Shown in pieces: positions 1 to 12,600 of a DNA stretch of 64,000 nt. The stretch's first letter is position 1; each line of letters starts with the position of its first letter. Made by a program: the position numbers and the translations under genes. The DNA lies in contig CM097883.1 of assembly GCA_044892505.1 (NCBI GenBank), positions 424,080,001 to 424,144,000 of the forward strand. The letters are read 5' to 3'. This DNA is from Schmidtea nova. Lineage: Eukaryota. The notes beneath the pieces are model-generated. The model did not search any database, was not told the origin of the DNA, and saw only the letters and a list, made by a program, of their open reading frames with translations.

Positions 1-629
1 TGATAAGCTCCATATTTCTCAAGACTTCTTGAATTACGATCCTGACACTTGGGAAACTCGACAGGAGTACACAGATGGCATGTTGATCGTGTCTAAGCTA
101 CTAGTCACCAATGATAATGCAGAACGTGGAGTTGCCCTTGTTCAGGAGCTAAACAAGTGTATCACATACGATGAGGACCAGTTTCAGTTTCTGCTGCAAG
201 TTGTGGCAGACCATCGTCGTCAGTATGCAACCTGTCAGAAGTCGTTATTACATTGACTTAGTTGCGGAATGCGGAGTGCGGACATCGTCTTTGGTTGGAC
301 CGACTGACACTGACAGTCTAGAACATTTATTCCTATAAATAAATCTTAACAATAGATTCTGTACATTACGGAGTTTCATATTTCCTAGTCATTTAATAAC
401 ATAATAAAACGTTACCAATTTCAGTTTAGTAATAAAAATACTATACTATGCTCAAGTCAAATTTTTTGGTCATTTTAATAAATTGTGAGCTGTTGGGCGA
501 CCTCTAAACATTATCTGATCATTAAAAAAATTTGCACAGTATCTTATGGCATCAAATGGAACATTTTAAAAGGGTGGGAGACATCCAATTGTGAGAAAAA
601 ATATTACCATTGGTCTAAGGACCACCCTA
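1..629 (+). mobile_element. 3' end of a hAT-like (probably hATm-type) DNA transposon
   Basis: Transposase C-terminal ORF runs in from the left edge. Candidate terminus ...GGACCACCCTA ends at 629 (reverse complement TAGGGTGGTCC), a terminus type I recall for hATm elements. The other end is outside the window, so the TIR pair and TSD cannot be checked. Confidence 0.5.
2..256 (+). CDS. C-terminal fragment of a hAT-like DDE transposase (5' partial)
   Basis: Frame is open from base 2 (DKLHISQDFLNYDPDTWETRQEY...LLVTNDNAERGVALVQELN...LLQVVADHRRQY). The V-x-N-D-x-A-E-R-G-V motif is typical of invertebrate hAT-related transposase C-termini. Confidence 0.6.
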   Translation, partial: DKLHISQDFLNYDPDTWETRQEYTDGMLIVSKLLVTNDNAERGVALVQELNKCITYDEDQFQFLLQVVADHRRQYATCQKSLLH

Positions 630-779
630 ATCTACAGCTGGGAAACCAATAATCTAATTAATAAACACTAAATTAATAGTTCAAAGAGTTCGATGTGAAT
701 CTTCAGTATTAATTGGACATCAAATTGGGTGTAATAACAAACATGCAATTTATTCGGTAAAATCAAAAGAAATCGTATC

Positions 780-1279
780 TTTTGCAATCGGTAAATGTGC
801 ATCATCATTTTATAAGGAGCAAATATTTGGAGATAGAATGTCTAATTTTATTCTTGAAGCTTTTCAAACTGAAAATCAATATAATTGATCTTATTCTGCT
901 TCTTCATCTACATTCAAACATTTCAATATAACTTCATTATCTCTGTCGAAAAATACTGATTATCGAGAAACATATAATCAAGATTTTGAAAATGATAATT
1001 TTAGTGCCTCATATATGCAGTCTTGTCCGAAATTTAGGATATTTGGATTAAATCTTGAATTGCGGCATAAGTCTCGATGAATTTAAATCAAGTTATCCAT
1101 TCTTTACTTTTGTTCTTGCTCTAGATTTTGATTTGAATCAAAGTCAAATGCCTCAAAATGGGATTTTACGATTAGATATCAAATTTGGTAAAGCTTTTGA
1201 CGAACCGGTTTATGTAATAATATATGGAGTCTTTGAAAATGATGTACAAATTACTTCAAATCGAACAGTATTAGTTTGA
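780..1279 (+). pseudogene. Polinton/Maverick major capsid protein, C-terminal part, disrupted
   Basis: Frame from 838 reads MSNFILEAFQTENQYN*SYS...TFKHFNITSLSL...YNQDFENDNFSASY. It then frameshifts into NCGISLDEFKSSYPFFTFVL...GILRLDIKFGKAFDEPVYVIIYGVFENDVQITSNRTV. This matches the C-terminus of Polinton capsid proteins, and a Polinton protease follows directly. Confidence 0.75.
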
Positions 1280-1393
1280 AATCTGTTCAAAAAGTACTGG
1301 TTTGATCAGAGTTTGAACTTTCGTATAAATGAACCAAAAGATAGTAATAATTGTCATGGAGTAAGTTTTATAATTTGTAAAATAATTAATTAA

Positions 1394-1732
1394 ATTAGTT
1401 CTGTTCAGATATATAGATTTGGTAAAAAACTATTCGGAAATCAATTTATTGGAGTTTATCCATTAGATAAAATTCCGTATTTGGATATTAATCAAGCCAT
1501 CATTGTAAATACTCAGACATCTTCTTTGGGCGGTGAACATTGGATTGATGTTTACGTGAAATCGGATCGAATACATGTATTTGATCCATTTGGATATTAT
1601 TATCCCAATTTATTAGTTAGTAAATTGCAGACTATGGGTAAAGTGATTGTATATAACAAAATTCGGTATCAACACCCATTCTCGACTACTTGTAGTCAAC
1701 CTTGCCTTGCATGGTTAAAATCTATGTTATAA
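1394..1732 (+). pseudogene. Adenain-like cysteine protease of Polinton type (no ATG start, degenerate)
   Basis: FIGVYPLDKIP...IIVNT...GEHWIDVY...FDPFG...YQHPFSTTCSQPCL shows the His (GEHW), Asp and Q...C layout of Polinton/adenoviral proteases. The frame is open from about 1394 but lacks an ATG. Confidence 0.8.
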
Positions 1733-1764
1733 ACAATTTAGTTTACTAAATTTTATTGTAAACA

Positions 1765-2130
1765 ATGGTTTGTTATTTTATTGATATTTACGGTTATAAT
1801 AAAATTGGGGGAACAATTATTAAAGAATTATGTATAATGAATGTCAAAAATATTTTTAAACCAAAGTATTATATTTATTTAGATTTACTATTCTGGGCTG
1901 GTATTTATGGTCGATTGGAATGGAATGAAGGACAAGATTACTTTTGCCCAACATGTATTATGAATGATATCGAAGATACTAGTGCTATTTTATAGTTCAC
2001 TGATAATGAAAAACTACAATTGTTGAAGAAATATTTCCCAAAATTGAGATTAATTAAATATAATTTTAAAGAATTTGAAGATTTTCCAGAAAATATTTCG
2101 TGTCCATAGTATATGTGCATATAAAAGATG
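1765..2130 (+). pseudogene. Small Polinton accessory gene, possibly DEDD-nuclease-like, with stops
   Basis: FIDIYGY...IIKELCIM...IFKP...GIYGRLEWNEG...*FTDNEKLQLLKKYF resembles the D-x-E-G/KEL/GL-x-W-x-x-G small ORF often found in Polintons. It sits next to the protease. Confidence 0.45.
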
Positions 2131-2507
2131 CTTGCGTGATGTTATAGATTATTTGAAACAATAAATACATTATTTTATGTTTTTATTGTTTTATTATTAT
2201 TAATTAAAATTATTATTATTTTGATAAATATTATTATTTTATTAGTCAACAGTCACGATAATTTCACGGCAAAGCAAACAAAGACACATGAGGTCATGAA
2301 CTTACATGTCTTTATCTAGTCACCTAACAACTATCGTGACATAAACAAACATTCAGTACGTGTGCACGCATTTATCTATTCTATCTCGATTCTGATTGGA
2401 TGGTTAATAAAACTTGAAATTACCTGCTTTATATACACTATACTTTTATTTTTTAGTCACTTTTAATCACAAATTTTAAACCGACTAATCACCTATTCAA
2501 AGTCAAA

Positions 2508-2903
2508 ATGTTCAGTTTCATAACTACAAAACAAAGACAACTCGCTGGAGGAATTAATGGTAAATTTATTATTTTAATATTTTTTATTTATTTTTTATTT
2601 TAGAAATTAATATTACGAATAATATCGCGAATACTCTTACCGCAACGACCAGCGAAAATGGAGCCGTATCATTAGTTGGACAATCAAACATAAATCGAAA
2701 TAATGGTAAATTTTTTTAAATGATTATAATTATTATTTTTTAAATTTTTAGAAAGTTTAATGTTTAATATCTCGAAATCTCATGCTCCTAATAATATTGA
2801 AAATATGGAAAATGGAACAAATTTAAATATGCACAATTATGGATTCGATTTAAATGTGTTGAATACCTCTTATTATGAAAAGAAGAAATGTAAGCATTTA
2901 TAA
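2508..2903 (+). CDS. Candidate short spliced Asn-rich gene (exons 2508-2559, 2604-2705, 2752-2889 or -2903)
   Basis: Two AT-rich GTAAA...TTTAG introns of 44 and 46 nt (2560-2603, 2706-2751), both phase 1, keep one open frame from ATG 2508 (MFSFITTKQRQLAGGINEINIT...YYEKKK). A third donor GTAAG lies at 2890. ATTGG and TATATA motifs lie upstream. Confidence 0.45.
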
Positions 2904-3661
2904 ATTTTTATAATATGTTAAATTTTAATATTTTGTTTTTTAAATAAATCTTTTATAATGATTATTAATTACAATTTTATATCTGATGATTTTTATGTAA
3001 AGATTAAATGATGAAAAAACGAGAAATTTTATGATGATTTTTATGAAAAGAATAAATATTCTATGATTTTTGAACAAGAAACTTATATGATTTTGAAGAA
3101 AAACAATTTATTATTAGTGGAAAATTTTAATATTTTGTGAAAATTATAATATTATGTGAAAATTTTAATATTATGTGAAAATTTTAATATTATGTGAAAA
3201 TGCATATTGATATTAATTTAAAATGAAAGTTTTTATGAATTATATTATTTTTTAATATTTATATTATTATAAATTGAAAATTTATATTATTTATATTAAT
3301 AAAAATTTTAACATTTATATTATTATAAATTGAAAATTTTTTATGATTTATATTAATAGAAATTTTAACATTTATATTTTTACAAAATTAAAATTTTTAT
3401 GATGAGGATTTATTATTTTAAAATTAAACAATACAATCTTTCTTTATGATGAAGTATTACTATTAAAAAAAATATTTATTTTAATGTTATCTTTAATGTA
3501 TGATATAATAGTTTTTAAAAACTATTATATAATATGTTAAAGATAAACATGTTTTTATAATGTTAGATGATATTTTTCATTTTTAATATTTTTCATTATA
3601 TTCAGGTTCAATTTATAGTAATTTTTGTAATAGTAGTTTACATAATAACTGTCATGTGATT

Positions 3662-4721
3662 ATGGAAAAATACTATTCCTACAAATATAATAGTGTCACT
3701 CACCTCCTCTGTCCTACATGTAAAATAATTGAAATTATCCTTTATAGCGAATTTTTTTATAGACATCAAAGTCATCTCATCGAATATACACCTTCTAAGA
3801 AAGCACTGTTTTATAGCTTGTACCAAAATTTTATCTCCAACAACAATCAAAATATTAACAGCAATCTTAATAACGTAAATAATAAAAACAATAATTTTTT
3901 AAACACCAATAATCTTAGCAATTTTAATAACGTAAATAATAACAATTTTCTAAACACCAATAGTCTTAATAACATAAATAATAACAATAATTCTCTAAAC
4001 ATTAATAATCTTACAACATTAATCAAAATAATATCAATTTAAATAATAAAAATTTAAATAATAACATCATTCAAAATAATAAAAGAAAAAGCATAAATAT
4101 TCAGGATTCAGTTCCTACGAAAATACAAATTATCGACATCAGTGATGATGAAGATATTATTAACAATATAATTATCATCATCAGTGATGATGAAGACACC
4201 CAAATGAATAATTTAATAAATATTCAAATTGGACATGGATTAGTCGAAGCTAATTCTGACTTGAACGACATAACTGAATGTTCTTCCAGATGCCACTGAA
4301 AAGATTTGTGCACTGGGTTCGAAAGTTGAGAAGCTGCTTCTTCCGCACTATCCAAAGAGGAACTACGTTCTTTATTGGAGACTTTTGCAACTGTTTATTA
4401 AATTAGGTGTTAAAATATAAAAAACACATCAAGCAATAAAATTCACACAAGATAAAATTTTTCAAAATTATATCAATACAAATACGGCGTTACGAGCAGC
4501 GTCGACAAATAAATTAGATAAAAACTTTTATAAATTACTTAACAACATTCTTTATGGCAAGACTGTTGAAAATCTTAAAAAACGTATAAATTTGCGTATA
4601 TGCAATTCGTCACTGAAGTTAATGACTTACTGCTCCAAACCGACTTTCCGTAAAACCACTAAAATTGACAATTACTTGATTTCTGTTATGTTAAGGAAGG
4701 AATCAGTGTGTTTGGATAGAC
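3662..4721 (+). pseudogene. Internally deleted protein-primed DNA polymerase B (second, diverged Polinton copy)
   Basis: The N-terminus MEKYYSYKYNSVTHLLCPTCK matches MGKYYRYSYKGVTFFICPVCK of ORF 13404. From about 4283, PDATEKICALGSKVEKL...YKLLNNILYGKTVENLKKRINLR...ESVCLDR matches the motif-B region of ORF 9655-10860. The exonuclease, motif A and motif C regions are missing. Confidence 0.85.
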
Positions 4722-5736
4722 TGACTATACATTTTCTTTCTTTATAAATTAATCAGCAAAACCCAACACAGAACAATTTATTTATCTTGTCAAAACAATA
4801 AATCACAATTGTTAGAAGATTTACACTCTTCGTTGGAAAAAACAAATTTGGTTTCCGTTTGTATTTTTTCTGTTGTCGTCCTGCTGTCCTTTTGTTGTCC
4901 TCTTGCTGTCCTCTGTCTTTCAACAGATCCGCTTTCTATACTGGCATTGTCAAAACATAATAATCAAATAATAATAATAATAATTATTATTATTATAAAT
5001 TGAATATAAGTACCTTTTTCTTTTGAATTGAAACTGTATAAATTATTATATATTTTAAAAAAGAAATATGATAGAAAATATTCTAAAAACTGAATATATT
5101 ATTATAATATAAAAAATTGAGTTGATAACAACAAATTTTAAAGAGTAAAATCAATTTCTAAATACGATTTAAAATAATTGCGAATGAATATATAAACATG
5201 AATAAATTATGTTACATGAATAGAATATGTTATATTTGATTCCGAATCAAATATCTTTTTAATTAATTTAATTTATTCAGAGTTTTCTAAATCAAATTAT
5301 TGATTGTAAAATTATATTTATTAACAAGTATTTTTTTAATGTTAAATAAAATAATATTATAATAATATATATGTAAAAATACCAAAATGTTTTTCAATAA
5401 CAAAGTTATTTATTTGTAAATATAGATAAAAAAACTTAATAAATTATATGTTAAATTTAATTTGTGTCTTAAAAACTATAAAAAGGTGTCAATAATTTTA
5501 AATGACAAGATGCAATAATAATTTGATAAGATTTTTCGTTATCAATAAATAATTAAAAATGGAATTTTATTTTTAGAATGAATTATTTTTAATTTATCCT
5601 AAAAAGAATCATGAGTATTATATTAAATGACTTAATATGATTTAAATAAGTAAATTTAAAAAAATTTGTACTTTGAATATTTAATAACAAGGATTTCGAT
5701 TTATTTTTAGAATGAAAATATAAAGGAGGGTCGAAA

Positions 5737-6333
5737 GGCACTTATTCACTTTACGCCCCCCAGGGTTGAATAAAATTATAAAATAATAAATTATTAAAAT
5801 AATAAAATAATAAAATAATATTCACTTTACGCCACCCCAGGGTTGAATAAAATAATAAAATAATAAAATAAAAAAATAATAAAATAAAAAAGTATTATTA
5901 ATAAATTAATAAATTAATTAATTAATAATTGTGTAGATATAAGGCGAAAACGTTTAGCCAGATTTTATTCTAAACCATATTGACATTTTCATTCATGTTT
6001 TCAATGTTTTTATAAAGTAATTTAATATGGTCAAAAAAAGTGGAAAATGATTTTCCAAATCTTTGACGCCAAAGAAATTCAATTAAATGTGATCCAAAAG
6101 TTGTTCTGGCAGTTCCATATCTTATGATATTTCTCATTTAGACCTTTTGCCACCAACTTTCTTGGTGGTTTGTAGTGGCACCTGATATAGGATCCACGTA
6201 ATTCTCTTCGTGGTTTACTTTGAAGTGAAAATATCCTAAAACAGTAAGGTCACCATAAGCTGCCCAACAATCTATTATTTTATTATTTTATTATTTTATT
6301 CAACCCTGGGGGGTCGTAAAGTGAATAAGTGCC
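5737..6333 (-). mobile_element. Non-autonomous Merlin (IS1595/IS1016-like) DNA transposon remnant
   Basis: TIRs GGCACTTATTCACTTTACG(C/A)CCCCCCAGGGTTGAATAAAA at 5737 and inverted at 6333. The left TIR core is duplicated at about 5821-5850. An internal transposase fragment is present. No TSD was recognised. Confidence 0.8.
5970..6272 (-). pseudogene. Merlin/IS1595-family transposase C-terminal fragment
   Basis: Hand translation gives DCWAAYGDLTVLGYFHFKVNHEENYVDPISGATTNHQESWWQKV*MRNIIRYGT...HLIEFLWRQRFG. This contains the DxWxxY, VNH, VDP..G..TN..ES.W and EF.WR motifs. Confidence 0.85.
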
Positions 6334-8486
6334 AATTATTAGACGTTTGAATCCTTCATTTGTTTTATTTTGTTATAACTCTATTTAGAAAATTGATTTG
6401 TTTAGGACTAAATACTCCATTTAATCAAAATAAATGATTTAGAGGCTCTGATCTACTTAATTAAATCCTCGTCATTTATTAGAAATAGAAAATTAAACTA
6501 ACACTCAATTAAATTTTATGATATATAAAAGATTACTATTACTATTTTGCTATTACTATTAAAAGATTTTCGATATATTAATAATATGCCACATTAAAAT
6601 TGGAATATAGCAACTTCAAAGATCGGTATCTTCTAGCAACAGATCAGTTTCAGAGTTGATTATTTAAAAGAACAAAGATTTATTTGTATAATTTAATGAA
6701 TCCATATTGTAGCAATGCTATTTGAAAGCTAGAATTTTCAATGCAATACAATTGAAAATAAATTGATTGTAAATTCCAATTTATTTGTTTAAAACCACAT
6801 GAAAATAATTAGAATTATTATTAGTAATTAGTTATGTTTATTATTTTTATAATAAAAATTATTATTATCATTATAAAAGATAAAACAAAATTATTAAATT
6901 CTATTTCATGACATCACAAATCATTATTTATATCTAGGATATTAGACTGTTATGGAATCATGATTATGAATTATGAGACTTGATTCATCAAATGCTTATG
7001 CATGCAACAATACACACATTCATACATCACACAATTATTTAATTTAATTATTAAGTACTTATAATTATTATAAATAAAAATAAAAAATGTATAATTTGCT
7101 GTAAAAGTATTTAATAAATATTCAGTGATTTTTAACTACAGTCTAGTTTCTAGTTTATTTGGCTATCATCGGTGCTTTGTGTTGGATTTAATTAACTCAT
7201 TTTGTTAATTGATTCCAAACTTCTCTAAAACAAATATAAACATTTAAAATTTGTTTATATAAGTAGATAATTGTAATAAATAGATTTTTCAAATAATGTA
7301 AGAAACTCAATTTCATTTTAGAATTGAACCAAGTGACTTCAAAATTAAAAATTAATAGCCAATATAAAATTTAGAAATAAATCGAATTTTTAACAGTGTT
7401 GGGTGGTATGAGTGTTGTTAAAACATTTATTAACGATTTTTAGGGATTAATACAGCCCAAAGCGCAACATAAATATTAATCTACCACACTCGTGTATCCT
7501 TAGTTATTCCCTAACTAATTATGTTGGTACTGTACACGGTGATGAGAATCTGGTCAGCAAGTGAGCTTCGTTGCCGAAACTACTCCTCGTTATATTCTCT
7601 CTTTCGGGTTCCTGCTGCCGAAAGAAGGACTTAGCATCTGCTTACTTTTTGGTCCTATCACATCATTACCCCCAGCTATTAAATATCTACCTTTATTCAT
7701 TCACAAACAATTATATATCAATTTATAAAATATTTTACCAAAATGATGAATGTCTATATGTAACCCCCTTTACTCCCGCCCAAATTTAGTTCAAAGTCAC
7801 CGCATCAGCGCAACTCCCAAAAGAGTCGCGACCGAGAGGCTTTTCACCTCGGGGTCAACAACTACCGAGGGGCACTTTATATATTTTACCTCGGATATTA
7901 TGAGGGTTTACCCATAAATAAATAAAAAAATACAAATGAATACAAAATTACAATTCAAAATATGTATTAAGCACCATTGCAGTTTATAGAAGCTCCCAAA
8001 TTATACAAAATAACAATAAAACATACCTGAGTAATTCATAAAATGATTAAAACTGGCTGGTGGAATCACTGTTGCAAATTTTTGGTTTAAGAAAATCGTT
8101 CCAAAAATGAAATTCGAACGCCTATCTATATAATTTTTGAGTGGCTGTGTGTTCACTACCGATACGGGTTTGCCATACAATGTTAGCAAAACTGTAGCTG
8201 CGGCTTTTCTATCATCTCACCGATCCCCAACACCAGTCGCTCGCATGTTGACTCGGTCGAGACTGCATGAGTTTAATTTTCAAATTTTTTATGTTACTAT
8301 TTTAGTAACATTTTCAACTCTATACATGATTTATCAATCGCCCACCACACCATTCCGCTATCAACCAAACCAAAGTACATTAACCGCAAATCGTGTGGTA
8401 ACTCGCACATCAGATGAATGCCCAACAATACCAAGTCATCACCAATGAAAGTATGTAAATTATCGATTTATTCATTTTACTACATT

Positions 8487-8605
8487 AGTAGGGGAAAGTG
8501 AGCGCACAGCCCCACTTTTTTCAACTAGCAACGGTTGCTAGGGTAAATACACACATCAAGATATTCCTCAATTCAGGTGTTGTCAGGGTGAACGTGCACA
8601 CACAT

Positions 8606-8661
<56 letters not shown>

Positions 8662-9475
8662 CCCGATGAACCTGTTGCCAGGGTTAACACACTCATCAAT
8701 ATATTCCTCGAGGCAGTTATTGCTAAGGTAAGCACACACATTAATATATAATTACCGGGAAGATATTGCTAGGGTAAATACGCACATTAAAGTGTAGTGC
8801 ATTGGAATCTGTTGCTAAGATAAACACGCGCGTATAAAGAGTCCCCAAGGAACCTGTAGTTAAGGTAAACACACACACACATATCATTATATATTCACTG
8901 AGGAACCTGTTTCCAGGGTAAACACACACACACATCAATATATATATATATATTCATATAGCCAGATGTTGCTAAAGTTAACACATACACATCAATATAT
9001 AGTCCTGGGGAAGATATAGTTAAGGTAAACACACAGATCAATATATAGTCCCGGGGTAAATACATACATTAAAGTATAGTCTCCCTGTCACTATTGCTAA
9101 GGTAACCACACATGTTAATATTTAAGTCCTGAAGTAACTATTGCTAAGATAAACACACCATTGTGTAACCCCCATGACTACTGTTGGTAACGTCAAAATA
9201 CACAACATATTAATTATTATCCGTACAACAAACGAAAACATGTTCTTTACTTAATTAAATGAAATTTTTGTTTGAATGTACTGGCTAACATTTTGAGTAA
9301 TTGTTTTTTAACTGATAACTTTAGAAAATCGAATGTGGCAACTATGAAAACAGATGGAATTAATTCGAGAATTGTGACAATAGTCAAAATTTTAAAGACG
9401 ATTCAACAGAGTGCAACTGCAAGAACAGATGAAATTTATTAATATTTGTAAACAAAAACAATTATTTTTACAATA
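8487..9475 (+). repeat. Left terminal inverted repeat, built of ~13 degenerate ~45-bp units plus a (TA)n tract
   Basis: Recurring core (G/A)TTGCTA(A/G)GGTAAACACACACAT(C/T)AATATA between 8534 and about 9200. (TA)n tract at about 8608-8658. Confidence 0.9.
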
Positions 9476-9654
9476 AATAAAAACGAATTACACAAATCCT
9501 TAAAATATTACACTAATCAGGTGAAAACCCTGAACGATAAAACCAATTCAAATCTGGATAACACATAAAATTTTTAAAAACAATTAAACATAACAGTCTA
9601 AAGAAATATAAAACTAAATATAATGAAACCAATTATTTTTTAACAAAGTTTTAT

Positions 9655-12600
9655 TCAATACAAATCTGAATTGGATATATAATTTGAATTGAGAGCTGGA
9701 TCTGAAACTGGAACACCAACCTGATCTTTTGATTGGTCTATAAACGAGCCACATCCTTTATAATGTCCGTATGCAAGACTTTCATTTTTATCAACCCAAA
9801 GTCTTTTATCATCAAGATTAGTCAAGGCAATTTTCGAATATTTATTAGTAAAGAGTTGGTGATTCTTACTAACTATTCTCGACTGATCAACAGAAACTAT
9901 TGAATTATTATTATAACAATCCAGATACGACTGATGATTCAGTTTAGTATCCTTCAATGTTATACCCTTAGCCTTAATGCACTCTTCATCGCCTAAAAGA
10001 CTATAACACTTTGGTCTAAGGAATACCCACTCATCATACTTGAATCCTTTATTCTCGTCTTTGAATTTACCAATGACGGAATCTAGGTTCCTACTGTATA
10101 ATGGGTGATTCGGATCATAATTAGAAGTGTCAAGTAAGTTATCTCTTATCATCGCAGGTAACAGAACATCTAACCTACAATTTCTAATCTCCAAGAAGAA
10201 AGAGTCAGTATCGCCTGCAACTATATTAATCTCATAGTTGAATTCATTACGATATTTTTGTAATTCTTTATACTGGAGTTGATACATCCTAAGTTTCGAC
10301 AAATCCAGTACAGTTTGGCCAATGTAACTGGGTCTATCTAAACACACAGAGTCCTTATTAAGTAAGACAGAAATTAGGTCATCGTCAATCCTATGAGTTT
10401 TTCTAAAGGTAGGTTTTGAAGTATATGTAATCAGTTTTGATGCTGAATTACATAGTCGTAAATTGAGTCGTTTCTTAAGATTTTCAACCGTTTTTCCGTA
10501 AAGACTATTATTTAAAAGTTTGTAATAGTTTTTATCTAAAGCTGTAGAAGATGCTGCCCTAAGTTCAGTGTTTGTATCTATATACTCTTTAAATATAGAT
10601 TTCTGATTGTACTGAACAGCCCGATGAACTCGTGTTATTTTAACACCCAAAGAAACAAAAAGCTTGAGAAGCCTCCAATGAACAACATAGTTGAACTTTG
10701 GATAATGCGTCAGCATTAACTTCTCAACCTTTGAACCCGGAGCACACATTTTCTCTGCTGCTACCGGAAAATCATTTAATTTATCGTGAATTTCTGAATG
10801 TATTTCAAGATCCACTTCAAAAGTCACGCCATAAGTCAAAATAGCCAAATCAGTATCCATTAATTTAATTTATTTATTTAATTTATTCTCATCAGTGATC
10901 CATTTAAATTCACCATAAGGTAATTTTTGACTTAAAGCCCACCCGTATAAATTATTTATGTCAATGTATAAAAGTTCAGTCGTTTCGGAGGATACTACAT
11001 GGTGCTTGTTGACAAATGTCAAACCACCACGGATCCCCCCTTCGAAAAAATTATAAATCTCCATATCCTGGAGCAATTCAATAGGTTCTTCCAAGGTAAT
11101 AAGCGCAGAAGCCCACGACATACCTGGAATCCCCAAAAAATTCAAAGGCTCAAGTTTATTGTGAGCTATAGATTTAGCCCTAAACTGTTGAAAGAAATCA
11201 GCAAGAAGAAAAACATCCAGTTTAAGGTAGACCATCATATAGTCACACAGAGTGTGACACTGGGATTCCCTCCAAATCACCAATGCCTTGTCATATTCAT
11301 CTTGTTTAACACCTTTCCAGATTGGTGGCAACTCATAAGTGTTGTTAAGAATTTCTAAAGATGTTGCAAAATCATAAGGAAAAATACCCTTACAGTCAAC
11401 AATAGTCCCGGTGAATTCAGATCTAGTCAAAGGCAAACAATTAAGAGTCTTAACAGCGTCATTTAAGCTAGAATTTACAAACTGACAAGAATCGATGAAT
11501 TTAATTGTTAAATCGCCGACTCTTGCAGACAAAGTAAGGAATTTTTCACTCGAAGTTGGAATACATGATATTTTCCAAGTTGAAAAGTTTGCCAATCCAT
11601 ATTTAAGAATATGGTGCATGTCATAACCCTTTAAATTATGAAAAATAACGGGTAAAAACTTGTATAACCGACGGGATTGATTACAAGAATTACATGCTGC
11701 ACCCAAATATTCACCAGTGTAGTGATCATGGTCTCTGACTGGTTGTACTAAAGTTTTCTTACAAAGATAACAAATAGTAGCAAAATCAAAAGATTGTTGA
11801 TTAGCCGCTGTCATAAAAAGAGGTTTCTTGTAATTAGTTTTATAAAAAGGATAAACAATAGTTTCAGAAATATCACTAATTTCAGTAAGAAACTTAGTAA
11901 CGCAATCAAGACCTAAGAAACTCCTGTAAATATTTTCTCCAGTAAAGTTATTTACAAGTAAAAGACCGGCAGATATTGGGACATATCTTTGAAAGTACTT
12001 ATCATCAGTAGGTAAAATTGCCTCAAAATCGGCATAAACAACAAAAGGTGGGGTAATTGTTTTGCCCCAATTACTAAATTGTAAATTTTTATTTCTAGAC
12101 AGAGTATAAAGAGTTGTGCCTAATTGATTTTTAGCACACAACTGTTGATGACAATCGAATGCTTCCTGTTTTCGAAATCCATTCAAGCATCGATGACACC
12201 ATATACTTTGTACGCGAGCAACAGAAAGAGATTTATTGTCGTAATTTAAAAGCCTATCAATATCGGTAACTGCAATATAATGATATGCATCACCACTTTC
12301 CAACAAAATCAAGTTAATAGGAGTACCACCGACAACTTTTGACCTATGAATTATATCGACACAAGGGTGTTTAAAAACTTCAGGATTTGCCAAAGTATCT
12401 ATAAGAGCATCCTCATCATAAGAAAGAACGTTAATTGCAAGTCCAGGGTTTATAGCCTCAAATTTCGGAATATTACAAAGTCTCATGGGCATTTCTGAAG
12501 GGTCAAAGTCAAGATCAGAAATATTATAATTATTTGCTCTATTTCTATTATTACGATCAGTTACCTCATCATATTTCAAAATAGCTAAAATACTATAAAT

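Noticed and set aside
7759-8000. Solo LTR starting TGTAACCCC
   Set aside because: No matching CA end, TSD or second copy was found.
8534-9200. Repeat-spacer pattern resembling a CRISPR array
   Set aside because: The cores are degenerate and the variable parts resemble each other. There are no cas genes, the context is eukaryotic, and the array is part of a terminal inverted repeat.
10870-10872. Alternative genetic code explaining the in-frame stops
   Set aside because: The interrupting codons differ (TAA, TGA, TAG), and all three also terminate genes normally. The 4400-aa ORF has no internal stops.
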